Shown here one piece after another: positions 26,826 through 36,452 of a stretch of DNA of 64,000 nt (position 1 is the first letter of the stretch; every line of letters begins with the position of its first letter). Made by a program: the position numbers and the translations under genes. This DNA comes from an uncultured bacterium (GTDB lineage: Bacteria > Krumholzibacteriota > Krumholzibacteriia > LZORAL124-64-63): positions 1,568,001 to 1,632,000 of the forward strand of contig CAVSGO010000007.1 of assembly GCA_963727525.1 (NCBI GenBank), in the 5' to 3' direction. A model generated the notes under the pieces. That model was given only the letters and a program-made list of their open reading frames with translations, was not told the DNA's origin and did no database searches.

Positions 26826-29800
26826 CTAGAAGTCGGGGCCGATGCTGAACTGGAAGATGTTGCCGCCGATCTTGCGCAGGTCCGTGCGCCACGCCCAGTC
26901 GAGCTTCACGGGCAGGAACAGGAAGTTGAAACGCAGCCCCAGGCCCACGTCGCCATGCAGTTCGTCCATGCCCCAGCGGCCCGAGTCGTCGCTGCCGAAG
27001 AGCTTGACGCGGTCGGTCCAGGCGCTGCCGGCATCGAAGTACAGGGCCCCGCCGATGCCGGTGATGCCCCAGCGCGCCGGCCAGCCAAAGATCAGGTAAT
27101 CCACCAGCGGCAAGCGGTACTCGAGGCTGAAGAGCGCCAGCTTCGAGCCGGCCAGGGCCGGCAACGTCTGGTAGTCGTAGTAACGGTAGCCGCGTAAGGT
27201 CCATGGTCCGCCAATGATGAAGGCGCGGGGATCGGCGCCGTCGCTGCGCGCATACGTGACGTGCAACGCCAGGCTGTTGCGCCGCAGTGGCAGCCAGTAC
27301 TTGCGCAGATCGAAGACGCCGGTCCAGCGATCGAGGCCGGAGTCACCCAGCGGCACGGTGCGCGAGAAGCTCGCCGACCAGCGACTGCCCAGCATGGGCC
27401 CGTGCAAACCGTAGAGCGCGTTGTCGTGCACGTAGTCGAGTTCGGGCTCGAGTAGCAGGTTGTTGCGCCGATCGGTGGGCACGAGGAAGCCGAAGTTGTC
27501 GACGTCGTAAAGCGTGCGCTCGCTGCGCATGGCCTGGAGCGTGAGGTCGATGCGGTCGAAGGTCGAGAGCGGATAGCTGGCGCGGCCGAAGACGCCGTAG
27601 TTCTTCTCCTTGAAGAGTGTGTCGTTCGTCAGCAGTTCCCCCACGCTCGTGAGGACCGAGTTGTAATAGTTGTTCAGCAGGAAGGCGCCGCCGCTCAGGT
27701 TGATGCGATGATCGAGGCGCGTGTAGGTGAACGCGAGGTCGCTGTTGTCGAACGACCCGTAGAAATTCAGCAAGATGTCCAGGCGACGATCGCCGAGGTC
27801 GTCGGAGAGCGTGATGATGTTGGCAAGGCCGAGACCGCCGGCGCTCGTCCAGTATACCGAACCGCCGGCGAGGGCCTGCGAGGCATCGAGGCGGAACTTC
27901 GGCCGATAGGGCTCGATGCGCCCGATGCGCTCGGGATCGATGAGCAGCGAATCGGGCGCCGCGGCCCGGTCGACGAGGCGCGGCGGCGCTTGCGCCACCG
28001 GCGCCGGCGCCGTGCCGGTGGGCTGGCGGTGCGACCACTCGGCCAGGAAGGCGTCGGCGGCATAGAGGTCGTAGCCCGCATAGTGAAAGGCGCTGAAGAC
28101 GAGGCGATCACCACGTGCACTGTAGGTCAGATGCTGGATTCCACCGAGCAGGTTCGTCAATCGCCGTTCCCCGACGACCTGCGACCCCGCGGAATCGAGT
28201 TGTGCGACCGACAGGTTGGCCAGGCCATCGGAAGCGTCGACGAGGGCGAGAGTGCGCGGGCCCACCCAGATGGGTTCGCGGCGGCCGTCGGCGGACTCCC
28301 AGAGTCGGTGGCGCCGACCGCTCACGACGTCGAGGATCTCCACGGCCGGAGCCGGCGCCGTGCGGCTGGTATCGTCATTCGCATCACCGGTTCGCCGCGC
28401 CCACAGCAGCGTGCGGCGACCATCCGCGTCCACGGCGAACTCGCTGGCCAGCTCCGCCATCGTGTCGAAGGCGAAGACCAGTCGCCGGCCATCGGGCGAC
28501 CAGCGGGGGCTGCCCTCGTCGCCCACGTCGTCGGTGAGGCGGTAGAGACGTACGCCGTCGCCGAGATCCTCGGGGACGCCGATCGCGTGGTCGGCGGCAG
28601 CGAGGGGCGCATCGCCGCCCAGATCGACGAGGTACAGATCCGTGCGCCCGTAGCGCGTGCCCACCACGGCGACGGTGCGTCCGTCGGGCGACCAGGCTGG
28701 ATTGGCGATGATATCCAGACCCAGGCGCAGGCTACGGGTGACGTCGCCGGTCTCCACGTCGATGGTGTGGAGGGTCTCCGCGTTGTCGCTCTTGGCCACG
28801 AGGGCGATCTCATGACCTTCGGGCGACCAGGTGAGCCCCGAGCGGAAGCTGTGGAAGCTCTCGAAGCGGTCGCTGCGCATGCTACGGCCGAGGCGCCGCA
28901 GGATCCGCCCGTCGATGGCGGAGGCCAGCACCAGGTCGAGCAGCCCATCGCGGTCGGTGAAGTAGACGACGCGGTCGCCATCGGGACTCAGCGCCGGACG
29001 TTCATTGTACGAGGCGCGGTCGACCTCGTGGTCGGTAAGGGGCCGCGCAATGTCCGCTGCCTGCTCGAGTCCCGCGTAATCCGGCCAGTAGCGCCGGCGC
29101 AGCTCGCGGCTGTAGATCTTCTGCAATTCCTCCATCGACAGGCCATACACGCGGTGCAGCGCCTTGTCGACACTGCGCTGGCGTCCCACCGCGCGCCAGA
29201 ATTCGTTCAGTTTCTCGGCGCCGTAGCGGTCGCTGAGCAGGCGCATCGCCGCCTGGCCTTCCTTGTAGACGAGGAAGCCACTCGCGAGGTCCAGGGGCAC
29301 GAGGTAGTCGTTGATGGTGGCGTCGCGGATCACCATGTCCGCCTCGGCGTCCCAGCCCGACGACAGCCACTCGGCCACGCCCTCGGCAAACCAAAGCGGG
29401 ATCTGGAAGAACGCGTTGCGGCCCAGCTCGGCGCCGCGCGGCCCGTAGGCCATGTCGAACATGAAGACGTGCACCAGCTCGTGGCGGATCACGTGCACGA
29501 AGTCGGCCTGCGAACCGTCGTACGGCAGCACGACGCGATTGCGGAAGGGTTCGCTGAATCCGCCGGTGCCCTCGCCGATCAGGTAGTCGGAGATGTTGGT
29601 CTGGGCAAAGGCCGCATGGCTCGAATAGAGGATGAACGGCACGCGGAACGGCAGCTCGCGGTCGAGCCGATCGGCGTACTCCTTGTAGGCACGCTCCGCG
29701 ATCACCGCGGCGCGCACGGCCAGCTCGTCGGCGCCGTCGTGGAAGTGGATGTCGAAGTGGGGAGTGACCAGCACCTGCCAGCTCAGGGCGTGCGTCTGGA

Positions 29801-29915
29801 CCTTGTTCTTGCCGTACTGCGCCCCGGCCGGCGCCGCCAGCAGCAGCGCACAGGCGAGCACGACGGCCACACCGACGACGCGGCTAGTATTCGAATCGGT
29901 ACTTGAGGTCCACAT
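26826..29915 (-). CDS. Omp85-family protein with N-terminal HExxH (MA-like) peptidase and TolB/PD40 beta-propeller
   Basis: Signal peptide then QYGKNKVQ; HELVH...PLWFAEGVAE; repeated WSPDG; barrel motifs GGPWTLRGY, YFDAG and terminal FSIGPDF. Confidence 0.8.
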   Translation of the reverse strand: MWTSSTDSNTSRVVGVAVVLACALLLAAPAGAQYGKNKVQTHALSWQVLVTPHFDIHFHDGADELAVRAAVIAERAYKEYADRLDRELPFRVPFILYSSHAAFAQTNISDYLIGEGTGGFSEPFRNRVVLPYDGSQADFVHVIRHELVHVFMFDMAYGPRGAELGRNAFFQIPLWFAEGVAEWLSSGWDAEADMVIRDATINDYLVPLDLASGFLVYKEGQAAMRLLSDRYGAEKLNEFWRAVGRQRSVDKALHRVYGLSMEELQKIYSRELRRRYWPDYAGLEQAADIARPLTDHEVDRASYNERPALSPDGDRVVYFTDRDGLLDLVLASAIDGRILRRLGRSMRSDRFESFHSFRSGLTWSPEGHEIALVAKSDNAETLHTIDVETGDVTRSLRLGLDIIANPAWSPDGRTVAVVGTRYGRTDLYLVDLGGDAPLAAADHAIGVPEDLGDGVRLYRLTDDVGDEGSPRWSPDGRRLVFAFDTMAELASEFAVDADGRRTLLWARRTGDANDDTSRTAPAPAVEILDVVSGRRHRLWESADGRREPIWVGPRTLALVDASDGLANLSVAQLDSAGSQVVGERRLTNLLGGIQHLTYSARGDRLVFSAFHYAGYDLYAADAFLAEWSHRQPTGTAPAPVAQAPPRLVDRAAAPDSLLIDPERIGRIEPYRPKFRLDASQALAGGSVYWTSAGGLGLANIITLSDDLGDRRLDILLNFYGSFDNSDLAFTYTRLDHRINLSGGAFLLNNYYNSVLTSVGELLTNDTLFKEKNYGVFGRASYPLSTFDRIDLTLQAMRSERTLYDVDNFGFLVPTDRRNNLLLEPELDYVHDNALYGLHGPMLGSRWSASFSRTVPLGDSGLDRWTGVFDLRKYWLPLRRNSLALHVTYARSDGADPRAFIIGGPWTLRGYRYYDYQTLPALAGSKLALFSLEYRLPLVDYLIFGWPARWGITGIGGALYFDAGSAWTDRVKLFGSDDSGRWGMDELHGDVGLGLRFNFLFLPVKLDWAWRTDLRKIGGNIFQFSIGPDF

Positions 29916-32900
29916 TGTACGTCGCATCGCCCTGGTACTCGTCCACACGGCGGCGGATCTCGGTCTGCAGCAGCAGGTGGTTGGTAATCTGGTACTCCAC
30001 GAGCAGATCGCGGTCGTCCGCGTTCAGCCCCTGCGCGTACTTCACATAAAGGTCGTTCCAGAGGTACTTGCCAAGTCCGATGAGCGGATCGAGGCCGGCC
30101 CCGCCGGGTTGCTGGCGCTGGATCTGCTCGAGCTCCACCGTGTCGAAGAATCCCATCTCGCCGGCGATCTCCCGCTCCAGGACGTTCAGGCCCGCACCCA
30201 GGGAGGCGTTGGCCAGGGCCGTGCGGTCGCCCTGCTCGTCGGGATAGGGCGATAGTCCCATCAGCATACGCTCGATCGCGTCGCGCGGGTAGCCGCTCTC
30301 GCTGCTGTAGGTGATCTCCGGCGCGTTCAACGGCCCGGCGGCGTGCACCGTGAGGCGCTCGATCACGCTGGTGCCACCGGCCTGCCCGCGCAGACGCACC
30401 CGGGTCTCGGCATCGAGATCGACTTGCGGGACCAGCCCCACCTCGCGGCTGAAGTCGAGACGGCCACGCACGACCTTGAACGAGTTGTTGAACACCGGCA
30501 GACGGCCGCTGTCGACGTCCATGCGCCCGCGCATGAAGAGGCCGTCCTCGTCGCGCACCACCGTCACGTCCCCGGACATGTCCAGCTCGTAGTTGCGGTT
30601 GAGGATGCGCGCCGTGCGCGGCGGACCGGTCACGTGTACGTCGGCCAGCCAGGCGGGCGACACCGTCGCCACGGTGGCCTCGTCCGCACCCGGCTCGGCA
30701 GCGAACGTGCCCGTGTAGCGGCCGCGGATCAGCTCCAGGTCGCCGGTGAACTTGGGCACGAGCATGTCGTCGGGGCCCACCGAGACACCCGTGATGCGGG
30801 CATTCCGCGAGCGGACCAGCGCGCGCAGATCCGGGATCGAGGCGAGCAGGAAGCGGTCGGTGTCGAATTGTACATCGAAGCCCGTCACCTTCAGGCCGTC
30901 GAAGGTGACGGTGCCCGTGCCGGCCAGCGTCCCCTTCATCCCTTCCTCGCCGTGCAACTGTGTGAGCGTGAGCACGTCGCCGCCGAACACCCCGCGCACG
31001 AAGCAGTCGTGGTACACCTCCTCCGTGTTGCGCAGCACGAACCCGGCATCGCGGATGGCGATCTCGCCCTGGTACTGCGGATGTGCGAGTGGACCCGAGA
31101 TCGTGATCTCGCCCTCGCCGCGCCCGCTGCTCTCGACGAAGGCATTGGTCGCCACGGCGAGCGGCTGGAGATCCGAGTCGTGCGGCACCGTGATCCGCGC
31201 GTAGAAGGGTCCGTCGAGGGGCGACGTCGGACTCGAGAGGAAGTCGAGCGTCACCGGGATCTCCAGGCGGCCCCGCAGCGCGAACTGGTCCTGCTGGCCC
31301 TGCAGATCGGCGAGCGTGAGCTGCGAGGCATCGGCATGGACGCTGCCGGTGAGGCGATCGAGGTGGAGCCAGTGGATGTTGAAGGGTGCACTGTCGAGCT
31401 GGCCGGTGACCTCGGGCGATCGCGAGGTGCCGCCCACGTGGAGCTGGCCGTCGACACGGCCGGACAGACGATCGAGAGCCGGCAGCGCGAACTGGTCGAG
31501 GAAGGCCCAGTCGCCGCCGGTGACGGTCAGCTCGAGGTCGAGGTCGGCGCCGGGCCAGAAGTCGGTGATGCCGGTACCCGGATGCGACACCGAGCCGGCC
31601 CCCAGCACGAGGCCGTATTCCGTGCCCAGGTACATGTCCTGCAGCGTCACCACACCGCCACGCAGGCTACCGTTCACCGCCATCGTGTCGACCCGCGCCA
31701 AGGGGAAGCTCGCGCCGGCGAGGGTGCCCCACAGGTCGACCTCCGGCACGTCGGGCGTGCCGCCGAGCCGCGCCCGTGCCGTGACCCGCCCCCCCGGCCG
31801 ACCGATCTCCGGTAGCAGGGGTACGAGGAAGTCCAGGTCGACCTGCTCGAGATCGAGCTCGCCGTCCAGGGGCGCGTCGCCGTGGTAGTCGACACGGCCA
31901 TCGACCACGCCCTGGGCCGACTTCACGCGCAGCGCCGGGATCTGTAGACGCCGCGGCCCCACGCCTATCCTCGCCGGCGCCGTCGTCTGCCAGCTATTGC
32001 CGGCAAAGTCCACCCGCAGGCGATCGAGCGCGATGTCGGCGCCCGCGTCGGACAGCGTCGCGGTGCCGCGCAGGCTGAGCAGCGTGTCGCCACGCACCGC
32101 CAGGAACGAGTCGACCCGCGCCGCGCGAGCCGAGGCCTGGCCCCACACGAGGTACTCGCCCAGGGGAACGCCGCGCAGGGCCAGGTCGGTGCCGGTCACG
32201 GCCGCCTGCAGCGACCAGTCGTCACCGAGCACATCGGTCGCGGACACGGACATGTCGCCGGCGCCGGCCGTGAGCGGACCCACGGCGGCATCGCCGAGGC
32301 GGTACTGCCCGATGAGATCGAGGTTCGCGATGGGACCGTGCAGGGCACCGCCCCCGGCGAACCGGCCCCGCATCGCCGGCAGGCCCCAGTCGGACGGCAC
32401 GTCGCGAAGGTTCCCCGCGTCCACGGTGAGGGTGCCGTCGAAGATCTCGGCGTGATCGGAGGTGCCGACGAGCCAGGCGTGGATGCTTCCGCGCTGCAGA
32501 TCCACTCGCCGGAAATCCAGGCTATCCGGCCACGCCACGACGTCGACGCGGCAGGTGTCGAAAGGCATGACCGCGACGCGCCCGTCGGCGAGGGTGCCGG
32601 TCACGCGGGTCCGGTTGTCCTGCGTGGTGTGCAGGATGCGCAGGCGTCCGTGCCCGTCGGTCTCGGGCAGGTCCTTCGCCTCGGGCACCAGGCCCGCCGC
32701 CAGATCGAGGTCGGCCGCGTCCCCGTCCACGACCACGCGAGCCTGCCCGTCGCCCGTGGAAGTCACGGTGACGGCACCGTCGAACATGGCGTCGTTCACG
32801 CGCCCGCGCACGCGGCGAAAATCCACGAGACCCGGCGTGATCACGGCGGTACCCGTGGCATCCACGACATGCCACGAGATCAGATCGCCGGTGAAGGTGG

Positions 32901-33756
32901 CATCGAGGCGCACGGTGTCGGCCGCCGCGCGGATATGCGCCGTCAAGGCGCCGTCGGCGGCAAAATCGAGGTTGAGGCCGGTGAGGTCTGCCACGTCGCT
33001 GCTCTCGACCCGCTCGGCGTTCACGCGCAGATCGAGTGGGCCCGCGCGGTCGACGCGTCCCTGCACCGTCACCTCGGAACCATTGAACATGGCCTCGAGC
33101 TGCTCGGTACGCACGCCCGTGTCGTCGACGACCGATTCGCCGTATAGCCGCGCGAAGTGGGCGTCGCGGGTGTCCCAGTCGAGGTGCCCGCCGCGGCTGA
33201 AGAGCCGCAGGGTGTGACCGTCGGCCGCCACCTCGCCGCGCCAGCCGAACGAGGAGACGCGCTCCACCAGACGTCCGTCGGGGCTGGACACCTGCGCGGC
33301 CGCCGCATCGATCGCGACGGTGTCGATATGCAGGCGTGGGATATCGAGATGGGACGGCTCGGTGCGGCCGGACTCGTCCTGGGCAGGCTTCACCCCGCGG
33401 CCCTGGTGATGGTAAACCTCGGCACGCGCCACGCGGGCGCGGTGCAAGTGCACGTCGCGCCCGAGCACGTCGCGCAGTCGGAAGTCCATTTCCAGCGTGT
33501 CCACCGACACGATGGTGAGACCGCCATCATCCTGGGGTCGGCTGTAGACCAGCCCATAGAGATCGAGACCGGCAAAGAGTCGCGGGTGGTATGCGCGAAT
33601 CTTCAGCTCGCCCTGCCCGCCGCCCGTCAGGTAGCGGTTCAGCAGACGCGTGGTCAGAGGCGCCATGAGCTGGGGATGCGTGCCGAGCACCACCACAGCC
33701 GCCAGGATCACGGTCCAGGCGATGATCGTCGGCCAGTGTATCGAACGGTGCCACAT
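29884..33756 (-). CDS. tamB: Translocation/assembly module TamB (AsmA-like, DUF490)
   Basis: N-terminal TM anchor; long Gly-rich beta repeats; C-terminal IGLGKYLWNDLYVKY...VDLKYRFEY. Confidence 0.8.
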   Translation of the reverse strand: MWHRSIHWPTIIAWTVILAAVVVLGTHPQLMAPLTTRLLNRYLTGGGQGELKIRAYHPRLFAGLDLYGLVYSRPQDDGGLTIVSVDTLEMDFRLRDVLGRDVHLHRARVARAEVYHHQGRGVKPAQDESGRTEPSHLDIPRLHIDTVAIDAAAAQVSSPDGRLVERVSSFGWRGEVAADGHTLRLFSRGGHLDWDTRDAHFARLYGESVVDDTGVRTEQLEAMFNGSEVTVQGRVDRAGPLDLRVNAERVESSDVADLTGLNLDFAADGALTAHIRAAADTVRLDATFTGDLISWHVVDATGTAVITPGLVDFRRVRGRVNDAMFDGAVTVTSTGDGQARVVVDGDAADLDLAAGLVPEAKDLPETDGHGRLRILHTTQDNRTRVTGTLADGRVAVMPFDTCRVDVVAWPDSLDFRRVDLQRGSIHAWLVGTSDHAEIFDGTLTVDAGNLRDVPSDWGLPAMRGRFAGGGALHGPIANLDLIGQYRLGDAAVGPLTAGAGDMSVSATDVLGDDWSLQAAVTGTDLALRGVPLGEYLVWGQASARAARVDSFLAVRGDTLLSLRGTATLSDAGADIALDRLRVDFAGNSWQTTAPARIGVGPRRLQIPALRVKSAQGVVDGRVDYHGDAPLDGELDLEQVDLDFLVPLLPEIGRPGGRVTARARLGGTPDVPEVDLWGTLAGASFPLARVDTMAVNGSLRGGVVTLQDMYLGTEYGLVLGAGSVSHPGTGITDFWPGADLDLELTVTGGDWAFLDQFALPALDRLSGRVDGQLHVGGTSRSPEVTGQLDSAPFNIHWLHLDRLTGSVHADASQLTLADLQGQQDQFALRGRLEIPVTLDFLSSPTSPLDGPFYARITVPHDSDLQPLAVATNAFVESSGRGEGEITISGPLAHPQYQGEIAIRDAGFVLRNTEEVYHDCFVRGVFGGDVLTLTQLHGEEGMKGTLAGTGTVTFDGLKVTGFDVQFDTDRFLLASIPDLRALVRSRNARITGVSVGPDDMLVPKFTGDLELIRGRYTGTFAAEPGADEATVATVSPAWLADVHVTGPPRTARILNRNYELDMSGDVTVVRDEDGLFMRGRMDVDSGRLPVFNNSFKVVRGRLDFSREVGLVPQVDLDAETRVRLRGQAGGTSVIERLTVHAAGPLNAPEITYSSESGYPRDAIERMLMGLSPYPDEQGDRTALANASLGAGLNVLEREIAGEMGFFDTVELEQIQRQQPGGAGLDPLIGLGKYLWNDLYVKYAQGLNADDRDLLVEYQITNHLLLQTEIRRRVDEYQGDATYNVDLKYRFEY

Positions 33757-33774
33757 CGTACCGTGAGTCTCCGA

Positions 33775-35853
33775 TCAGAAGGCGTAGCCCAGCGAGAAGT
33801 GGGCCCGCCAGCGGTCATCCACGAACGTCTGCGTCAGGCTCTCGTAGCGTGCGCGCTTCAGCGGCCAGCCAACATCCACCCGGAAGGGGCCGAACGGCGT
33901 GTTCAGGCGCAGTCCCGTGCCGATGCTGTAGCGATAGTCCCAGATCTTCGTACTCGTCGCCTCATTCGGATCGCCCGGGTCGCTGGTCAGGCGAAAGGCT
34001 TTCCAGCGCAGGTCGCCGAGATTCTCCCAGACGTTGCCACCGTCGAGAAACACGGCGCTGGCCAGATTCCACCGCGAGAGCAGCGGCAGCGGGAAGCGCC
34101 ACTCGACGTTGGTGATGAGCTGGTAGTTGCCGCCCCGGGCCGGATTATTGGGCAACGGGACGTCGGAACCGAAACCGATCGCATCGAGTTCCGCCTGGTC
34201 CACGAGCTGCGGCCCCAGGCTGTTGTCGCGGTAGCCGCGCACGGTGAAGGCGCCGCCGGCGAAGAAACGATCGTCGTATGGCACGCCGTTGGCGCCGAGC
34301 TTGCGCGACTTGCCGTAGGGCCGCACCGCTCCGATCCGCGCCCGCACCGCCAGAACGCCTCCGAGCACGCGCGTGTACGCCTGGTAACTCCCGCTGATCT
34401 TGAGGAACGAGTTGTCGCCCCCGATCACGCCGCCGGCCACCTCCTCCTGCGTCGTCAGATAATGCCCGCGCGCCGGATCAAAGGGGTTGTCTCGGGCGTC
34501 CATGAAGAGCGAGTGCAGGAGCGACCGCGTCTGCGTCTGCGTGACGTTGGCCTCGATGAAGCGCTCGCGCAGGCTGTCGGGGGCGATCGGATGCAGCTCG
34601 GGCTTGACGCGCCGCAGGCGGAAATCGAGGCGATTGGTGACGCGCAGGCCGCTCTCGCGCGACGTGCCCACCGTGATACCCTGGACGTTCTGGATCAGGG
34701 CCGATTCGCCGCGCGTCTCGCGGCGCGCGAAGACATTGATGTCCAGGGGATAGACGCCGCCCAGGAGGTGCGGCGTGCGATAGAGCACGTCGCCGCGGTA
34801 GTTGAGGTCGCCCTGGTGGAAAGCGCGCCGTTCGTTGATGATGTCCTCGACGTTCCAGTAGCCGCGCATGCGCACCTGGAGGCGGCGACCGGTGCCCCAC
34901 AGATTGTTGTGCCCCCACCCCACGAGCGCGCGGATGCGCTCGCGGCTGCCGATGCCGGCGCCCAGTTCCCAGAAGGCCGGCCGGCGCTCGGTGACGCGTA
35001 TCTCCAGCGCGGCCCTGGCGTTCACGCTGTCCCAGTCGGCGGGAACCGCATTGACGTCGCGGAAGAGTGCCGTGGCGAGCAGGCGCTGCCGCGACACCTC
35101 GACCTTTCGCCAGGCGAAGAGGTCGCCCGTGGCGATTTCCAGCTCCCGCGCGATCAGCCGCGTCTTGGTGGTGCGGTTGCCCGAGATGTCGATGCGGCTG
35201 ACGTGGTACGCCGGTCCGGGCGCGATGGTGTAGGTCACGTCGGCACTGAACCGATCGGGGGATGCGGTGGGCCGGATCGTCATGGCCGGTTCGATGCGCA
35301 CCTGCAGGTAGGCGCGGTCCCAGTAGAGCGAGCGCATGCGGTAGATGTCCTGTCCGTAGCCGTTCAGATCGGCGGGAGCCGGCTGCCCCTCCACCAGGAC
35401 CAGCGTCGCCCGTAGATCGCGCTCTGAGATGAGGCCGGGATCGACGAAGTGCACGCCACCGATCGTGGTGAAGGGTCCCTCTACGACGCGGATGTGCAGC
35501 ACGTCGCCGCGCTCGGGCAACGTGCTCACCGAGTCGAGGGCCGCGGTCGCGTCGTGATAGCCGTGCTGGCGGTAGAAGTTGCGCACCAGACGCAGGCGGG
35601 AGTCGATCACGTCGGGGCGGTAGCTCGCCACGCGCAGGGGATGCCGCCAGTTCGGCTCCTCGAGGCGCAGGATCGTCTTGAGTTCCGTGTCCGAGAACGC
35701 CTGGTTCCCGTGGATCTCGATCCTGGCGAGGCGGCTCTCCTGCAGACCGTAGTCCAGCTCGTCAACGGCATGCGCGTGCGAGACGGCGAGCAGCGCCAGA
35801 GCGAGGCCGGCCGTGGCGAGTATACGGGCCGCATGCGCCCGCACCGTACGCAT
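33775..35853 (-). CDS. TamA/BamA-family outer-membrane protein (about 3 POTRA domains plus barrel)
   Basis: IEIHGNQAFSD, YRQHGY, ISGNRTTK, RFFAGGAFTVRGY, FLDGGNVW, TPFGPFRVDVG, terminal HFSLGYAF. Start uncertain. Confidence 0.85.
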   Translation of the reverse strand: MRTVRAHAARILATAGLALALLAVSHAHAVDELDYGLQESRLARIEIHGNQAFSDTELKTILRLEEPNWRHPLRVASYRPDVIDSRLRLVRNFYRQHGYHDATAALDSVSTLPERGDVLHIRVVEGPFTTIGGVHFVDPGLISERDLRATLVLVEGQPAPADLNGYGQDIYRMRSLYWDRAYLQVRIEPAMTIRPTASPDRFSADVTYTIAPGPAYHVSRIDISGNRTTKTRLIARELEIATGDLFAWRKVEVSRQRLLATALFRDVNAVPADWDSVNARAALEIRVTERRPAFWELGAGIGSRERIRALVGWGHNNLWGTGRRLQVRMRGYWNVEDIINERRAFHQGDLNYRGDVLYRTPHLLGGVYPLDINVFARRETRGESALIQNVQGITVGTSRESGLRVTNRLDFRLRRVKPELHPIAPDSLRERFIEANVTQTQTRSLLHSLFMDARDNPFDPARGHYLTTQEEVAGGVIGGDNSFLKISGSYQAYTRVLGGVLAVRARIGAVRPYGKSRKLGANGVPYDDRFFAGGAFTVRGYRDNSLGPQLVDQAELDAIGFGSDVPLPNNPARGGNYQLITNVEWRFPLPLLSRWNLASAVFLDGGNVWENLGDLRWKAFRLTSDPGDPNEATSTKIWDYRYSIGTGLRLNTPFGPFRVDVGWPLKRARYESLTQTFVDDRWRAHFSLGYAF

Positions 35854-35984
35854 TCCCGTCGCTGTCGCTCGCGTCGCCTGGATTGACGTCACCTGGAGTT
35901 TCCCTTGCCGTCCCTGCGTCGGCCGTGTTCCCTTGGGAGGCGTCGTCGGATCATCCGCCTCGTCGCGAGACCACGGAGGCATCC

Positions 35985-36419
35985 ATGCCACTGCATCCCA
36001 CGCGCGTCCGTTTCGCGGTCATCGCCCCGCTGGCCATCCTGCTCGCCTTACCACTCGTCGTGGGCACGGGCTGCGAGCATGGCGATACGCGCCTCACGCT
36101 CGCGGACCTCAGCCACGGCGAACGCGAGTTCCTGACGCGCTTCGTGATCCTCGAGCGCGCCCGGGCCGTGGCCCAGGCCGACCCGCCCGTCGGCGCCGCC
36201 CTGCTCGACTCGCTGGCCGCCGCCTGGGGCGACAGCGCAATCGCCACGGCGCGTGCGCAGCTCGCCAACGACCCACTCCGCGCCGCCGAGGTGTACGACC
36301 TGCTGGGCCGGATCCTCTCGGCGGAGGCAGATTCGCTCGCGCAGGCCCCGGTGGCGCGCCGACTGCGCGCACCCCTGCCCCGGCCGGCGCCCGGCCCCGA
36401 GACCGTCTCGCCACGATGA
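35985..36419 (+). CDS. Hypothetical helical lipoprotein
   Basis: GGAGG RBS; hydrophobic leader ending VGTGC; amphipathic helices. Confidence 0.6.
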   Translation: MPLHPTRVRFAVIAPLAILLALPLVVGTGCEHGDTRLTLADLSHGEREFLTRFVILERARAVAQADPPVGAALLDSLAAAWGDSAIATARAQLANDPLRAAEVYDLLGRILSAEADSLAQAPVARRLRAPLPRPAPGPETVSPR

Positions 36420-36452
36420 TGCGCCGCGGCCGGCGTCATGGCAAGCGCCGGG

